Below are positions 26,759 to 40,335 of a DNA stretch of 64,000 nt, in pieces. Each line of letters begins with the position of its first letter. Positions within the stretch are counted from its first letter, which is position 1. The position numbers and the translations under genes were made by a program. The stretch is from Felis catus. Taxonomy: Eukaryota. The notes beneath the pieces were generated by a model. It was given only the letters and a program-made list of their open reading frames with translations, was not told the origin of the DNA and did no database searches. The stretch spans positions 28,522,001 to 28,586,000 of the forward strand of contig NC_058368.1 in the NCBI RefSeq assembly GCF_018350175.1, read 5' to 3'.

Positions 26759-27497
26759 AAACTAAGTTGTTTCTAAATAGGAGGACCTAAACCTCCATAA
26801 CATTCCCATTAATCAGATAAAAGTTCAAGGATAAGGCTAACGACAACAAAAAGTTGCTTTCCAATTTCAATCCTATTCCAAATAAACAATCTTCAGAAGC
26901 TTGTATTTGTCATTCCTTATATGAATATTAAAACACCTTTTTCTTTCTTGAGTAAATGAGTTTTTCTTTGAGTATTGCAACATTAAGCCAAGTGTCACCA
27001 GGATTAATCAATAGTAAAGTTCTGTGCAAGCTTTTAAAGGCCCCTAGTCATAGACTTTCCCTAATGATGTATTTCTACACTAAAGTCTATGACATAATCT
27101 GTTTAAGTATTAATAAAATGGAGATGTTTTATTAATACTTAAACTACATTAACTTATTAGTAAACTACATTAATTTATTAATACTAAACTACATCAGAAA
27201 AAAAGTCCGTTATTTTTAGAAGTGTTAAATTCATAACATGGGCAGAACAATGAAGCATCTTGTCTCTATACAGTATCTGGTTTCTCAAGGGCTATGTTAC
27301 ATAATTTATTAAATGGTCAAGTGGAAGGATTATTACAAATATAAGCAGTTTAAAAGCACCAAGAAGAATGTCTGAACTAAACGGCCAGAAGAGAGTGAAT
27401 AAACATTGTGGAGAAAGAGAAAGTGGTGCATAATTCTATATTGCATAAAAGTTAAGGAAGAAAAAAACTGGGGGACTTTTAACAGAATAAAAGTCTT

Positions 27498-27697
27498 GGG
27501 GTGCCTGGGTGGCTCAGCTGGTTGAGCATCCGACTCTTGAATTTGGCTCAGGTCACGATCCCAGGATCATGGGATTGAGCTGTGCATCAGGCTCCACGCT
27601 CAGCACGGAGCCTGCTTAAGATTCTCTCTCTCTCCTTCTCCCCTCCCTCCACTCACATATACATGTACACTCTCTCTCTTTCTAAAACAGAAACATC
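27498..27697 (+). mobile_element. Can-SINE
   Basis: ggggtgcctgggtggctcag head, CT region. Confidence 0.9.
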
Positions 27698-28276
27698 AAA
27701 GTTTTAAGTTACACACTACCAAAAGAAAAACCTACACATACAGACGTGCATACAGAAAACAAGCTGATAACCAATAACTTTTTTCTCAATACTATAGAAA
27801 CTGGAGCTATATCAACTTATTTTAAATAGCAGCCTTAGCTGTTTCCCTTGGATAATTGTACTGTCACATTCTTTAGCCCAATATTCTGTTCCTTACATAT
27901 TCTTGGAGTCATTTATGAAAAAATAGTCAAATTCTCAACATTGTATGTTAAAATTTTACAGGCCCAGGAAATGGAAACAGAGTCATCTTCAGCGAAAGCA
28001 TGGTTGCTAAACATGAATATGAGTACGATTTCTAGAAAATGAGCAGTAAAAAAGTTACAATGTTTCCTTACAAAACACTTTTCTGATATAAACATTGTAT
28101 CTTTCCCCTTCCAGCTTTATATTGGAGGTTGATTTTTCTCTTTTTTCTCCAGTTGGTCATTGGCCAAAAGGGCAGTGCAGAAAGTTTCCATGACAGGGAA
28201 TAGAAAACAAATGACTACGTTAGCACAGATTATACATCCAAATATACATATTGAATTCTTTTTGATATGTAGTAAT

Positions 28277-28610
28277 TGTCTTAGCTCTTTCATGCTACTA
28301 TAACAAAATGACAGTAGAAATTTATTTCTTACAGGTCCAGAGACTGAAGTTCACAATCAAAGCACTGGCAAATTCTGTGTCAGGTGAGGGCCAGCTTCCT
28401 GGTTCATAAATGGCTATTTTTCACTGTGTCCCCATGGCAGATGGGGCGAGGGAGCTCTCTGGGGTCCCTTTTAGAAAGGCACTAATCCCATTCATGAGGG
28501 ATCCTTCTTCCTACGTAAGCACCTCCCAAAGGCACCATCTCCAAATACCATTACGCTGGGAATCAGAACTTAACATATGAATTCTGGGAAGACACATTCA
28601 GTCTATAACA
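28277..28610 (-). mobile_element. MLT1A-like solo LTR
   Basis: Reverse complement of the same family as 4795-5159 (tgtcttag...actaatcccattcatgaggg...cattcagtctataaca). Confidence 0.8.
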
Positions 28611-29936
28611 TAATTCTTTTATTCTACAGGCCAATAAAGAACTGAGCTATTTCCTCTCCAACATAACAGTATGGAGGCTACTCAACGCCATGAATAACAA
28701 TTTTACTAGTGAAGTAATTCATTTTAAGTTAGTGTCTTGGAGACTAGAGACTTGTCTTTTTTTTTTTTTAAATAATAGACTGAATTTTGAGAAGTTTATC
28801 TATAAAACCATTTGTACAATATTTACAAACACCATCTGCAGTTTCCAGAGAAAGGTTATAAGAGGATTACGTGCAATGATCCAAAATGAAAAGTGTAATC
28901 ACGTTGAACGTCGGATCACATTAAAAGGAAAAAGCTCTTATTCTATGAGATTCAAAGCTGACTGTGTTATATGTTGTTTAAAATTGTTCAAGACATTTTG
29001 AGCCTTCCAAAAGAGAAAGAGAGAGTTTCAATTAGGAGCACGGAAATCAAGGATGGAAATAGCTCATGCTACTGGATCCGAGGCGACAGTTGAGTAAAAG
29101 GTAGGTAGCAGTGAAAATAGAAAAGACTAGAAAGAAGCCGCAGAGGCAGGTAGCAGCAAGTGTTCGTGCGGTAACCACTATAATTAAATGAACAGCCAGC
29201 ACTGTATGAGACGTAAAGGAGTCCCCACCTTCCCCCTCCCTAAATTTCACTTTGCGGCTCCAGCAGCCCATAGACGTTAATAAAAGACCTTTAAGTCGGC
29301 TAAACAGGCAGAAGCCATGGGGACTAGTTGACAAATGTGTTAGGGGCTACATTTCAAAGGGACTTCTGAAAGATGTGCAAATTAAGGGAAGAGAATGACA
29401 GGATTTTATTTATAGATTAACAATCGTGCGAAAGAATGAGAGTGGAAGTTGAGCCAAGTACTTCTTGCACTTTTCACTTAGATCTCATGTTCACTCATGT
29501 CCTTAGCCCCGAGAGATGCACTTTCATGATCAAGTAAATATTTTAGTTATAAAATTCTTTCCCTGTAGAACAGTGAGAAACGATGCAGCAGCATAACCAC
29601 CGCTAGTCTGCCAGCCCGAAGATGAATATTCTAAATGTATCTCCAAACTGGAGGGATTATTACACTTTGAAACACCACTGGTACATTTAACGTCAACTTA
29701 ACACATTGCAGAAAAATGACCTACCGCGGGAAAAACTTCAAAAGAGACAGACAGCAAGTTGAAGCTCACTTTTACACCTCATCTCATTTAAACCTCAGCA
29801 AAGTGATCTACTTATCTCGATTTTAAAATTAGAAAAGTGAGTCTTGAGGTGTTACCTAACTCACTGACTATCATACAACTAGTAAGTGTAAGAGGCAGTA
29901 GGGTCTGGATGCCTTGAAAACTCAAGCAATATCTCA

Positions 29937-30117
29937 GGGCACCTGGGCGGCTCAGCCGGTTAAGCATCCGATTCCAGCTGAGGTCATGATCTCACGGTTA
30001 GTGAGTTTGAGCCCCATGTCGGGCTCTCTGCTGACAGCTCAGAGCCTGGAGCCTGCTTCAGATTCTGTGTTTTCCTCTCTCTCTGGCCCTCCCCTGCTCA
30101 TGTTGTCTGTCTGTCTG

Positions 30118-30174
<57 letters not shown>

Positions 30175-30212
30175 AATAAATAAACATTTAAAAAATTTAA
30201 AAACAAAACTCA
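29937..30212 (+). mobile_element. Can-SINE with long (CT)n
   Basis: 17-bp TSD aaaactcaagcaatatc at 29917-29933 and 30213-30229. Confidence 0.95.
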
Positions 30213-31719
30213 AAAACTCAAGCAATATCCATCACCAAGCATTGCTGATCTATTGCTCGATGTGAAACAAGGCACCAGGTACAATTCATTGCAAGCATGA
30301 CCTCTACATTCAAATATTGTTTTATTTTTCCAAAACTTGCTCTGTTAAATCAAATCATGCATTTATTAGAAGTTTTGAGGTATCATTCAACATTAGAAAG
30401 CTACGCTAGATGGTGAGTAGTTAAAATGTAGATGTGTTTTATTAATCTTTGTAATTCTAGTACATACATTGTAGTATGATGTATATTCAAGATGTTAGGG
30501 GAAGAGTGGATGGATGGATTCTGGACAGCAAAGCAACCTGTTTTGAAACATTGTCTGAGTTAGGAATTACACAAATATGTTACAGCACATATGCCAAAGT
30601 AGGGCAAAGATGACTTATTTTTTTTTTTCCTTTCCATACTGTGGATTGTTTCAAGTGTCATCTTAATAGTTATTTTAATATGTCATGACACATAGTTTAC
30701 AAATATTTCCTTTGTTTAATTTATTCAAAGGAGAAAGGAAAAATAAAATGTAGTGTCCTTCACAACTGATTTTTGAGTGGGATAGCTGAACTTTTACCAT
30801 CCTCAGGATAGAGTATTGGTAAATGTGGTGATTTTACTGAAAGCATGAAACTGTACGAATAACAGGGTTTAATCATGGCAAAAATCATACTCTGAAAGAT
30901 TACTTAATATGTCTACATTACGCTTTAAAAAAACACACACATAACTCAGTAATAATTTTCTACGTCCAAACCACAAAAACGCAAATAAACTAGCACCCTT
31001 CAACTGTGACTGTTTTCTACTATGTACCTTAAGACCATAATGACTATAATGAAAATTCTTTACTTCAAAAACATGTATAAGATCATAATAAGAGCATAAA
31101 CTTTGTAAATTTTCTGATTAGTTTTCCCTGTTGTAGACAGCCTAACAAAATGTCATGGTAATTTCTGGGAGAACTCCTGAAACCAGCTGTGTGAATTCAA
31201 TGGACACACGCAAAAATGTGTTTGAAAACGAGGGTAACAAAGTATTGATAGAGCAGAGTACTAAGAGGAAAAGCCATCGTGCAGTTCAAGCTTGCTAGGA
31301 CACAGTTCTTCTCTGCCGCCAGACTTCTGTTACTTATGCTTCAAGACTCAGTTCAATAGGACCTCCCAGAAGTCTTTCACATCTGCCCACGAGTGCCATG
31401 TCTGTTTCTGCTACTGCATGCATCCATTACCATATACGTTTGTATACAAGGCTGTCTGCCCACCCATCTCCTACAAGAAGGGACTGCATTCTACTAATTT
31501 TATATCTCTAGCACAGAATGAACCCTTAATAAATGGCAACGAAAAAAAGGTATTAATATGCTGCATACCCAGCTATATAAAATACTGAGTGTCTACCCGG
31601 CAGGACACGGTTCTAAATTTGAGTTACTCCCACCACACAGATATCAAAGAGAAGGCTGAATATTACCACCACGACTAAAATATATAAAAGAGTTTCTCAA
31701 GACTAGGACTACTCCCTTA

Positions 31720-31995
31720 TTCATTCAACAAAGACTTTTTAGGCAACAACTTTGTAAGAGGCATTGTTCTAGGTACCAGAGATACAGCAGGGAAAAAACC
31801 AAATATCCCTGCCCCTGTGGAGTTTCTATTGCACTGTTTAGAAGATGGACAATAGAGAAATAAATTACTATGTAGGCATTAGATGGTGATCAGTGATGAG
31901 GGGAAAAGTAAAGAAGGGAAGAAATTGAAGCATGCCAGCCTGGTGGCGGGGAGCTGCAGGGGAGGGCAGGTCTCACTGGAGTGACATCTGAGGGG
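31720..31995. mobile_element. L2 3'-end fragment
   Basis: ttcattcaacaaa...aggcattgttctaggtaccagagatacagca...ccctgcccctgtggag. Confidence 0.65.
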
Positions 31996-32334
31996 AGGGA
32001 GGGAATCTGATTAGTTAAAGATACCTTTTCCTGTGTTTAAAAATTCACTGGTTAAAAACACTATGTTCTATAAGTTGCTGAAATAAACAAAACTCCAATA
32101 GACACTGTTCTATCTACTGTTTTGTAATGACATTTCACAATCCAGTAAATTTAGAAACTATTTTCAAATAGAACTAATGAGATGCCATCGTCTGATGACA
32201 ATGGGCAGATCTATGTTTCTTTGCAAGCTAAACATTTTTTTCTTGACCATCACAGAGTAAATGTTGTTTTTAGATGCTGATTTTAATTTAAACATCAAAC
32301 TTGCTATGGTACATTATTTTTTTCCTTTAATAGT

Positions 32335-32585
32335 AATATAATAAATGACCTCTATTGAGTACCAGTTATGTTCCAGCCACTGTTCTGAATACTCATATTA
32401 TCTAATTTAAATCCTCACCCAACTCTATGAGGTAGGCACTACTATTTTCCCAATTTTACAGGTGAGTCTGCTTTAGAGAGATTAGGTAACTTTCCCAAAG
32501 TCACTTAGACAGTAAGTCAGACAACTGAGATTTAAAACCAGGCCTTTCTCAAAAACAAAGTCCATGTTCTTAACCACAACATGCT
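32335..32585 (-). mobile_element. MIR relic
   Basis: aatcctcacccaactctatgaggtagg...caattttacaggtgag...ggtaactttcccaaagtcac. Confidence 0.75.
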
Positions 32586-32758
32586 AGTGCCTCAAAGGTA
32601 AGCACAATTGTGTTACATCAGCATTTCAGCATACCTGCTTATTAATTCTTTAAATATAGATTAATATGGAAAGAGACCTCATAACAAAAGGTTTTCTTAC
32701 AATCCAGACATTAATCAGTATGAACTCCCAGAAGCAGAGTACAGCCCCTATTTTTAAA

Positions 32759-32927
32759 ATTTTTTTTTCAACGTTTATTTATTTTTGGGACAGAGAGAGA
32801 CAGAGCATGAACAGGGGAGGGGCAGAGAGAGAGGGAGACACAGAATCGGAAACAGGCTCCAAGCTCTGAGCCCTCAGCCCAGAGCCTGACGCGGGGCTCG
32901 AACTCACGGACCGCGAGATCGTGACCT
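32759..32927 (-). mobile_element. 5'-truncated young felid Can-SINE
   Basis: Lacks the first roughly 40 nt of the head. Perfect 22-bp flanking duplication gagtacagcccctatttttaaa at 32737-32758 and 32928-32949. Confidence 0.95.
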
Positions 32928-33769
32928 GAGTACAGCCCCTATTTTTAAAGACCACTTTGGGAATCTATTACATAAACTCAATGAATGGGGATCCCAGAAG
33001 AGTCATTATGACAGGGAAAAGGAAATAAGTGTAACTGATAAAAACAAAAGTAAACCACATCCTTCTGTCTCTAAGAATATCTCTAGTCTCAGAGTTGTTC
33101 CTTTCCAGTTAAACCAACACAGAAGCAAGAAATGTATTATTAATTGTTGGATCAATTGTAGCAATAATTAATAATTAACCCAAAGATTAAGACCTAATGT
33201 AAGCTGTTGGTGTTCACACACACAATGGTGTCTTCTTGTCATTTCAAACTTTTATGATCTTTCTGTGACAAAAAGCCATTTTTCTATCACATGAACAGAT
33301 TATCTCAAAGTCAAATATGTTTGGTGTAGGAAAAATGCATCATTATAATGAAATGAGTAATTCTGTGTTCTACCATCAAAGTTCTTTTTTTAAGTGTATT
33401 GAAAATTAAAACATAAACTAGTTTCTCTTCCATCAGAACGGATTTTTTGGTATACTATTCTGATTTGATGGGTTCCGAGGTGACTGGTTTCAACTCAAAC
33501 ACTGGCTCTGCTTTCATGAATAATAAAAAGTATTCAAAAGTTTCTGATAACTCTTTTCTCCTGAGGAATAAAAATAAGAAACTCAATGAAGTCAAACTTT
33601 TTAATAGATGTTTTCTTGTAGAATCATTTCCTAAATTGGATTTCATAGACCGTTTTAGTCTTCTTTGAAAAGAAAAACTTAGAAATGAATGATACTTTTC
33701 CTTTGAAAAGGTTTAATATATAGTTGATTACTGTTATTTGCAGTAGTTATGCTCTGTAAAGCTGCTGTG

Positions 33770-35652
33770 GGAACAGCAAATGATACCAATAAGCCAAAGA
33801 GATCTTGAAAAAGAAGAACAAACCTGGAGGTACCACACTCCCTGTTCCAAGCTATATTACAAAGCTATAGCAAGCAAAACAGTATGGTACTGGCATAAAA
33901 ACAGACACAGGTCAGTGGCACAGAAATGAGCTTAGAAGTAAAACCCACACATATACTGTCAATTAATTTACCAAAAAGGAGCCATAAATATATGCTGAGG
34001 AAAGGGCAGCCTCTTCAATAAACGGTGTGGGAAAAACTGGACAGCCATATGTGAAAAAATGAAACTGGACCATACATAAAAATTAACTCAAAATGGATTA
34101 AAGACTTGAATGTAAGACCTGAAACCTTAAAACTCCCAGAAGAAAACTCCCTGGCAGTAAGCTCATTGTCATCGGTCTTGGTGATTTTGGGGGGTCTAAA
34201 ACCAAAAACAAAGGCAACAGAAGTAAAAATGACCAAGTGGGACTACACCAAACTAAAAAGTTTCTGCACAGCAAAGGAAGTCATCAACAAAATGAAAAGG
34301 CAGAAAAATGAAAAATGAAAAGGGGAAAATATTTGCAAATCCTATGTCTGATAATGGGTTAATATACAAAATATATAAAGAACTCATATAACTCAATAGC
34401 AAAACCAACAAACCAACAATCTAATTTAAAAATGGACAGAAGCGGCACCTGGGGGGCTCAGTCAGTTAAGCGGCTGACTCTTGATTTTGACTCAGGTCAT
34501 GATCTCAGTTTGTGAGTTCGAGACTTGCGTGGGGCTCTGTGCTGACAGTGTGGAGCCTGCTTCAGATTCTTCTGTCTCCCTCTCTCTGTGCCCCTACCCC
34601 ACTGGTGTACATGTGCTCTCTTCTCTGTCAAAAATATATAAATAATCGTTTAAAAATTAAAAATGGATAGAAGGCCTAAATTGACATTTTTCCAAATAAG
34701 AAATACAGATGGGCAAACAGGTACATGAAAAGGCGCTCAACATCACAAGCCATCAGGAAAATGCAAATTAAAACCACAATGAGATATTATCTCATAGCTG
34801 TGAGAAAAGCTATTATCAAAAAGACAGGAAATAAATAACATTTTTTGGCGAAAATGTGATGGGAATGTAACATGGTGTAAAATACTATGGAAGTTCCTCA
34901 AAAAAAAAATAGAACTATCATGTGACCCAGCATGTGCCCTTCTTGGTGTTCATCTGGAGAGAATGAAAACATTAAGTCAAAAAGATACATACACCCCTCA
35001 CCCCCATATCCATTGCAGCATTACTTACAACAGTAAAGACATGGAAACAACCTAAGTGTCCATCAATGGATGAACAGATAAAGATGTGACGTATGTACAT
35101 ACAATGCAATATTATTCAGCCATAAAGAAAGAAATGTTGCCATTTGTGACAACGTGGATGGAACTTGAGGGCATAATGCTAAATGAAATGTCAGAGAAAC
35201 ACACATACCATGTGATCTCATTTATATGTGCAGCCTAAAAAAACAACAAAAACCCAAGCTCACAGAAACAGAGAACAAACAGATGGGGGTTGAGAATAAA
35301 ATGAGTAAAAGGGCTCAAAAGGCACAAAATGCCAGTTATAAAATAAAAAAGTCATGGGGATACAATGTACAGCTTGGTGACTGTAGTTAACAATACTATA
35401 TTGCATATTTGAAATTTGCTATGAGGGTAAATATTAAAAGTCCTCGACACAAGAATAAAATTTGTAACTATGTATGGTGATGGATGTTAAGTAGACTTAT
35501 TGTGGTGATCATTTTGCAATATATACAAATATTGAACCATTATGCTCTACATCTAAGATTACCATACTTTATGTCCCTATACCTCAATAAATTTTTTTAA
35601 ATAAAACAAAATTTAATAGAACAACGAAAAGATATCTCAAAACTCAAACGAA
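33770..35652 (+). mobile_element. 5'-truncated L1 (L1MA/carnivore-type) ORF2 3' part + 3'UTR
   Basis: ORF2 homology (NVRPETLKL..., [14 protein letters not shown]). Degenerate TSD aaagctgctgtg (33758-33769) / aaagtctctgtg (35653-35664). Confidence 0.9.
34441..34655 (+). mobile_element. Can-SINE inside L1
   Basis: TSD-like aaaaatggacaga / aaaaatggataga. Confidence 0.9.
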
Positions 35653-36677
35653 AAAGTCTCTGTGAACACTGAGCTAGTGTATACTGAACCATAGCTCCTA
35701 GGGGAAATGCAGGGCTAAGTTCCTGTGAGCCTTTCCATCAACTGATCAATACCTAGCCCTGTTTTCTGCCCTCTTTAGTATTTATTGTTGATCCATTAAC
35801 ATTGCACTCATAGCCAACAGCACTTTAACTCACACTTCAAGGAAACTTACCTAACACACCTATTTTTCCCATAAGGCACATGCAGCCTTCCTGATTTCAG
35901 GAACTCTAAACAGCATTTCAGCACTAAGCTTGGGGCCAGTTTTGAACAGCAAGATCACCAACAGAAAGCACAAAAATGTGGAAAATTCTCACTAAGTAGA
36001 TCACAAAAAGGTCACTTGTTTACTGTAGGGGAAGGCAGATTGGCACCTGAATCGACCCCGACTGGTGACATGCCCATGCAGCAACTCAAATTTCCCCCCA
36101 CTCTACACATGTCCACAAATGACCACAAAAGCATTGCAAGTATTTGGAGTAACAAATACATTTTAGTGAGTAGGCAAATTAGCAAATACAGAATCCATGA
36201 ATAATGAGGATCCACTATATATACAATGTTAAGCATATGCATGTAGTGTTGTTTGCTATGTGAAAAACTGTACTAAATGTTGTGCTGTGTTACACGATAA
36301 CATTGGCAAGTTGTACTAAAAATTGCTGGACATCTGAAGGTATGACTTCTAACCTCACAATGATGCAAAAGCAGCATTTCACTATTTGTCATTGGATGTG
36401 TGTCATCACTGGCTTGCGCCATATATTTTGTCCAATAATGTCAAAATGAATTTCAATGCATCCAAAAAATTTCTAGTAGATGTGTTATATTGTTTCAGGG
36501 GCTGAAAGAACACAATTTTCCACAAAAGAGGTACACTTTATCAAAAAAGTTCCTATTCTGTATTCTGTCAAAACATTATAATTTACTAAAAAATTTTTTG
36601 TTCAAATAAGTTTTAGAAACACTACCAATAGTCAAGGCTTTTTATTATCAGATTTTTAAAAGTTAATATTTAATTTA

Positions 36678-36893
36678 GGGGCACCTGGATGGCTCAGTCA
36701 GTTAAGTGTCTGACTTCAGCTCAGGTCACGATCTCACGGTTCACAAGTTCGAGCCCCACGTCAGACTGTCTGCTGACAGCTCAGAGCCTGGAGCCTGCTT
36801 CAGATTCTGTGTCTCCCTCTCTCTGCCCCTTCCCCACTTGCATTCTGTCTGTCTCTCTCTCTCTTTCAAAAATAAATAAACATTAAAAACTTA
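36678..36893 (+). mobile_element. Can-SINE
   Basis: 20-bp TSD aaaagttaatatttaattta at 36658-36677 and 36894-36913. Confidence 0.95.
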
Positions 36894-37507
36894 AAAAGTT
36901 AATATTTAATTTATTAAAGAAACAAATTAAAAACCTAAGTCATTCTGAAGGCAAGTTCAGCTTATAAGCCATATTATTCTATTTACAAATCTGGCAAATT
37001 TTATCTTGTTTTAGGAACTACTGATTTTATTATCAATATTTGACCTTTTGCTTATTATAAAAATTAGGTTATGCAGACTTTCAGCTTCTAGTATCTCAAT
37101 AATATCTTTATAATAGTCATACCAATAAATATGGAGCACACTAGTAGGAATTTTTTTGTTTTTGCTTTTACAGAAATGATAAATTACTGAATTATTATTC
37201 AAATATCCCTTTATATAGACAGAGAAATTAATGCATGCTGCTAGGTGATAAAACCATCTATCTTTGATTATTCCCACAGAAATATTTAATCCATCTCTAT
37301 AAATATGAAGTATTATGCCACCTAATTATCAGATGTTTTATTAATACAAACTGAGTGGTATTTGGATTCCTTTGGTGTATAAGAATTCAAGATTTCTCTT
37401 TGCATTTTTCTGTAATGAGGTACATCCAAATTTAAAACCTAAAGGTTTTTCTTATTACAAAAGCAAACAGGTAAACTGTAAAACAGAATTGAAAATAGAA
37501 ATAAATA

Positions 37508-39358
37508 AAAAACCTCAGCAAAGTAGGTTTAGAGGGAACTATACCTCAACATAACAAAGGTCATGTATGAAAGACGCACAGCTAGCATCCTTAATGGGGA
37601 AAAACTAAGAGCTTTTCCTCTAAGGTCAGGAACAAGACAAGGATGTCCATTCTTGCCACTTATATTTAGCATGATACTGTTAGTTCTAGTCATAGCAATC
37701 AGACAACAAAAAGAAATAAAAGAATCTAACTTGGTAAGAAAGAAGTAAAACTTGAACTATTTGCAGATGACATGATACTCCATATAGAAAACCTGAAAAA
37801 CTCCACCAAAATACTGCTAGAACTGATCAATGAATTTGGTGAAGTCGCACAATACAAAATCAATGTACGGAAATCTGTTGCATTTCTATACATCAATAGT
37901 TAAGCAGCAGAAAGAGAAAATAAGAGAACAATCCCATTTATAATTGCACCAAAAATATTCAGATACCTAGGAATAAACATAACCGAAGAGGTAAAAGACT
38001 TGTAGTCTGAAAACTGTAAAACACTGATGAAAGAAATTGAAAATGACACAAAGAAATGGAAAGACATTCCATGCTCATGGATTGGAATAACAAATATTGT
38101 TAAATGTCTATACTACCAAAGCAGTCTACAGGTGTAAAGTCATCCCTACCAAAATATCAACAGCATTTTTCATAGAACTAGAACAAACAATCCTAAAATT
38201 TATATGGAACCACAAAAGACCCTGCCTGAATAGCCAAAGCAATCTTGAATGAGAAAAGTAAAGCTGGAGGCATCACAATTCTGGACTTCAAGTTATACTA
38301 CAAAGCTATAGTGATCAAAACACTGGTACTGGCAAAAAAAAATAGACACCTACATCAATAGAACAGAACAGAAAACCCAGATATGAACCCACAACTATAT
38401 GGTCAATTAATCTTCAACAAAACAGTAAAGAATATCCAGTGAGAAAAAGACAGTCTCTTCAACAAATGCTTTTGGGAAAAATGGACAGCAACATGCGTAA
38501 GAATGAAACTGAACCACTTTCTTACATCATACACAAAAGAAAATTCAAACTGCATTAAAGACCTAAATGTGAGACCAGAAATCATAAAAATCTTAGAAGA
38601 GAACACAGGCAGTAACTTCTTTGACACTGGCCGCAGCAACTTCTTTCTAGGTATGTCTCCTGAGGCAAGGGAAACAAAAGCGCATAAATAAACTATTGGG
38701 ACTGCATCAAAATAAAAAGCTTCTTCCCAGCAAAGGAAACAATCAACAAAACTAAAAGACAACTGACGGAATGGCAGAACTGATTTACCCGATTTACCCG
38801 ATTTGCAAGTGATATACCCGATGAAGGGTTAGTATCCAAAATATATAAAGAACTTATACGACTCAACACCAAAAAAACCCCAAATGATCCAATTAAAAAT
38901 GAGGCAGAAGACATGAACAGACATTCCTGCCAAGAAGACACATGGATGGCCAAAAAACACATGAAAAGATGCTCATCATCACTTATCATCAAGGAAATGC
39001 AAATCAAAACTACAATGACATATCACCTCACATCTGTCAGAATGGCTAAAATCAACAACACAAGAAACAACGGCTGTTGGCAAGGATGTGGAGAAAGGGA
39101 AACTCTCCTACAGTGTTGGTGGGGATGCAAACTGGTGCTGCCATTATGGAAAACAGCATGGAGGTGTCTCAAAAATTAAAAATAGAATTACCTTATGATC
39201 CAGCAATCCCACTACACGGCATTTACCCAAATAATACAAGAACACTAATTCAAAGGGATATATGCACCCCTATGTTTATAGCAGCATAATTTACAATTGC
39301 CAAGATACGGAGGCAGCTCATGTCCATCAATTGATGAATGGATAAAGAAGATGTGGTG

Positions 39359-39412
<54 letters not shown>

Positions 39413-39813
39413 TATACATACATATATATATATATATATATAATAGAATATTATTCAGCAATAAAAAAGAATGAAATCTTTTCATTTGCAATGATGTGAT
39501 GGAGCTAGAAAGTATAATGCTAAGCAAAATACATCAGAAAAAAGACAAATACCGTATGATTTTGCTCATCCATAGGATTTAAGAAACAAAACAAACAAGC
39601 AGAGGGAAAAATTAAGAGAGAGACAAATTAAGAAACAGACTTAATTAAAAAGAACAAACTGATGAGTTGAACAGGTGATGGGGATTAAGGAGTGCACTTG
39701 TCAAGATGAGCACAGGATGATGTGTGGAAGTGATGAATTACTATATTGTACACTTGCAACTAATATAACACTGTATGTTAACTAACTGGAATTAAAATAA
39801 AACCTTAAAAAAA
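37508..39813 (+). mobile_element. 5'-truncated carnivore L1 including part of the RT domain (degenerate)
   Basis: [20 protein letters not shown] and the FADD motif (tttgcagatgacatg, about 37760), with stops and frameshifts. TSD gaaaatagaaataaata (37491-37507) / gaaactagaagtaaata (39814-39830). (TA)/(CA) microsatellite at 39357-39442. Confidence 0.95.
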
Positions 39814-40276
39814 GAAACTAGAAGTAAATAGCAAACACCCATAATTCCATAACACAGTGGGAAACCACTGTATCTTTGGAATCTCCTTTCATGGGGCTCC
39901 AAGTCTACACATGGTGTTACAATCTCCTTTTCATATATTGTGAGTACCTTCCATGTGAGCATGGTAACAAATAGTAATTTGTTCCTTTATCTACTCTCAT
40001 AGCACTTATTGAACATCTACAGCCTGCCAGTTACTGTGTACCTGATGGAAGTTTTTTGATATGGATATAGCATAATTAATTTAACCAACTCTTTATTTTT
40101 GGACATTTTTATCATAAACAATGAATGAGAAATAATCTTTCTGGCTAAATATTGAATAGGTTTGAGAAATTATTTGCCTTGCCACTTGGTTTATGGTGAG
40201 TTTCAATATGTCAGGATTCAACAAGCTTTTACTTCCTATTTTCTTCCTTAGTGTCACATTTTAAAATTCTTGCCAA

Positions 40277-40277
40277 A

Positions 40278-40333
<56 letters not shown>

Positions 40334-40335
40334 AA
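40277..40335 (+). repeat. (GAAA)n microsatellite within old L1 fragments (about 40000-40970)
   Basis: Directly visible tetranucleotide run. Confidence 0.95.

Larger units (their letters stand above)
33721..36217 (+). mobile_element. Tigger-family (MER44-like) non-autonomous DNA transposon, split by an L1
   Basis: Left end tagttgattactgttatttgcagtagttatg. Resumes at about 35653 (gaacactgagctagtgtatactgaacc...). Right end ataatgaggatccacta. TA flanks on both sides. Confidence 0.8.

Noticed and set aside
27129..27194. Three imperfect copies of ttatta...taaactacat (similar micro-duplications at 1390-1438, 9535-9572, 52521-52552 and 55729-55768)
   Set aside because: Ordinary slippage duplications with no unique spacers. 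Not CRISPR-like and no sign of function.
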